DNA from: Carcharhinus longimanus
Taxonomy: Eukaryota
Direction of reading: 5' to 3'
DNA: 64,000 nt
Assembly (NCBI GenBank): GCA_030264375.1
Contig: JASCQW010000081.1
Span: 50,447,514-50,511,513 of the forward strand
Shown here: piece by piece, positions 61,481 to 64,000 of the stretch
How positions within the stretch are numbered: position 1 is the first letter of the stretch
Layout: each line of letters begins with the position of its first letter
Position numbers and translations under genes: made by a program
The notes under the pieces: model-generated
What the model was told of the DNA's origin: nothing
What the model saw: only the letters and a program-made list of their open reading frames with translations
Database searches by the model: none

Positions 61481-63049
61481 GGTGGGCATTACTAAGGTGC
61501 CAGGCTGGCTGTACTTTCCTTACTGGAGAGAACCTCTCCTGGCGAGGCCATAAAGGCAAGCAAGCCCAAATGATTGAGCGCTGAGCTTGCTAAACAGATG
61601 CAAATCTTAATTTAAATAAATTTAAATACATTATTCAGTCTCTCACCGGAGCTGATGTTTCGGCTCTCACGTGATTTTACTGGTTTGCTCTGCCAATCGA
61701 TGGGCAGGGCGAACCAGTAAAACTCCACCCACCCACTCTCTCACCCAGACTCGTTCACTCTCGCAATCTCTCGCCCAGACTCACTCACTCTCTCGCTCAA
61801 ACTCATTCACTCTCTCTCTCTCTCCCCCACCCAGCATGGGTGGTACATAGGTGAGAGTCAGACCCACGGGATGGGGTGGGGGATGTTGCGTATGCACGTG
61901 GTTAGTCTGGGGACGGGGGTAAAGTTAAAGTTTATTTATTAATCACAAGTAGTCCTGTGGGAGACGAAGTAATTGGCCAGGTCTTGACAATAGTTACTCG
62001 GAAATTAGAAGAGGTTTTACTTTAATTTAAATGTGATTTAGTCACATTTTCAGATTGTTTCTAGTGCAGGACAATTGCCCAAAAGTAGTTTGTGCTTCTG
62101 GGCAATTGCCATGCAAACTCTTATCTGAGAATTTTCAAAGGGAAAACACTGAGGTACAACTCATTCATTTTTATTGCTAGATAAATCAGCGGTTGTTTTG
62201 CATCTCACTTGATTCTTTTTTGTCTATCATTAACATTCATAAAATGAAAACCAGGCGAGATGCAAAACAGTCTGTTGATTCTTTATCATCTGCTTTTCAG
62301 CAGTGATGAAAGATAAAGTCATCTTGACTATCTTTTGTTTTTTTTTGGTTTGCATTCCTCTCCCTTTTCAGGCTTCCCTTCTTCAATTTTTGGTTCAGTC
62401 TCTCTCTTTTCTGGTTCATACACTTTCTCTCTCACTATCTCCTCACCTTCTGTTTTTTTCCTTTATAAGTTAATATCCTAGTCTCTCTTCTAGGCTCACA
62501 CCTTGTCGTTTTTCTCCCTTCAATCCCTGTCAGCTGCTCTTGTTGTCCATTTCAGGTTCTCTCCTTTTAGATTCACACTCACTCCTGTCTTAGATATAAA
62601 TGTCCTTGGTTGTGTCTGGAGCTATGAGTATACAACTCTTCAAAACTCAGTGCAGGTTCAATTTGAAAACCAGTACACATCCCCTTTAAAATACAGATTT
62701 CTACTTAGATATCCTTTTCTTTAATTTTTTGGAAGTCCATTGTTCATTTTTTAAAAATTCCACTCCTTGTTTTATTTATTTTGTTCTTCTTCTGGAAGAG
62801 GTCTGCATTCCTGTGTTATCCTGTGAATGAATTGTCAGTTAGCTGAAATTCCAGGGTCTATTGGCCTGTTAAAAAAAAAAAATCAAGCTGTCATTTTAAT
62901 CCTTCTGAATGCTGACCATGATTCAATTCATTGAATTGGCAATAAACAAACATAAAGCATTAAATGAAGTGGAAGCTGGCAGCTCATTCACAACTAGAAA
63001 TCTCCACTAACCTCCAACATTTCTGAAGAAAGAAGAATTCAATTCTTCT

Positions 63050-64000
63050 TGAATGTTTTCAGGATATTTTCTCAAAACAGCATGTTCTGGAGCCAGTGAG
63101 CAGGCTATAATAGACCTGGTATTGTGCAACAAGATCTCTTACTGAAGGCCCTTCCACGTAGCAGTGACCATAATATGATTGAATTTTACAAGCAGCTTGA
63201 GGAAGAGAGGAGTGGATTTGAGACTATGCCCCAAAATTTCCGGTCCTGCCTGTGGCAATCCCACATGGTGCAGGATCTTCCAGTCCCCAGGGGGTGGGGA
63301 CCATAAAATCGTCACCCATCTTTTTAGACTTAAATATGGGCAATTATAAGGCCATGAAAGCAGAGCTGGCTAAAGTGAACTGGCAAATTAGGTTAAGGGA
63401 TAGGTCAATAGAGATGCAGTTGCAAACATTTAAGGAAATATTTCAGAATGCACAGAAAAGATACATTCCAATTAGCAAGAAAAGGTCTGAGAGGTGGACC
63501 CACCATCCATGGTTAAATAGAAAGGTAAAGATGATGTTAAATTTATAGAAAAAGCATAGAATTGTATAAAGACAGGTGGCAGGGCAGAGATTGGAAAGAA
63601 CATCAGGAACAGCTAAGGATAACTAAATAAGGGAAGTTAGAGCACAAGAGAAAGCTGGCCAAAATGTAGAGATTTTATTTTAATAGATATTTTAAAGAGA
63701 AAGTGAGAATTAGTCCTTAGAAAGTTAGTCTGGAGAATTGATTATGGAAAACAAGGAGATGGTAAATGAATTAAGTGGGTGCATCAATCTATAGGATACA
63801 AACAATGGATTTTTCGGTCTTGCTGAGTGCCAAATTCTTGCTTGCAATGGTAATGAGGTCTGAATAGCAGCAAGTTTCAGACCACACCCCAGAAACTGCT
63901 ATAAATCAGGAAATGGAAGGGAGGAAAGAACTCAGGAAACCAGAGAAATACTGAGTAAATAGTTGGAGTTGTGGGCTGTTAAGTGCCCGGGTCCTGATAG
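63050..64000 (+). mobile_element. Decayed CR1 ORF2 (endonuclease and linker) with small inserts
   Basis: SSDHNMIEF, GNYKAMKAELAKVNW...FKEIFQNAQKRYIP...PWLN, and a K.PGPD motif at the window end. Confidence 0.85.

Overview
Vertebrate genomic DNA, most likely a shark or other elasmobranch (HE1/V-SINEs, DeuSINEs, CR1 and Penelope elements), from a gapped draft assembly. The window is an internal part of PDE4DIP (myomegalin) on the minus strand. I traced 10 coding exons by hand, all with canonical splice sites and consistent phases. Four belong to the long CM1-type isoform (54742-54865, 52877-53043, 50935-51094 and a 54-nt exon at 33536-33589). One is the large alternative first exon of the short SMYLE/MMG8-type isoform (24143-25315), which has its own CpG-rich internal promoter. 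Five are shared coiled-coil exons between 9066 and 2019. The CM1 exons and the 3' part of the gene were not found and probably lie outside the window. Introns are filled with mobile-element remains (CR1, L2, RTE, Gypsy, Penelope, Harbinger-like, SINEs). The most notable observations are: hammerhead-ribozyme cores in inverted Penelope pseudo-LTRs; one SINE body with three different 3' tails, one matched to a LINE end in the window; an unexplained CpG-rich, multi-stem 120-nt segment abutting a SINE head; a CDK5RAP2-like microexon; and a templated duplication nested inside a LINE. No clearly new biological system is proven. Homology calls come from recalled sequences, not database searches, and repeat coordinates are approximate.
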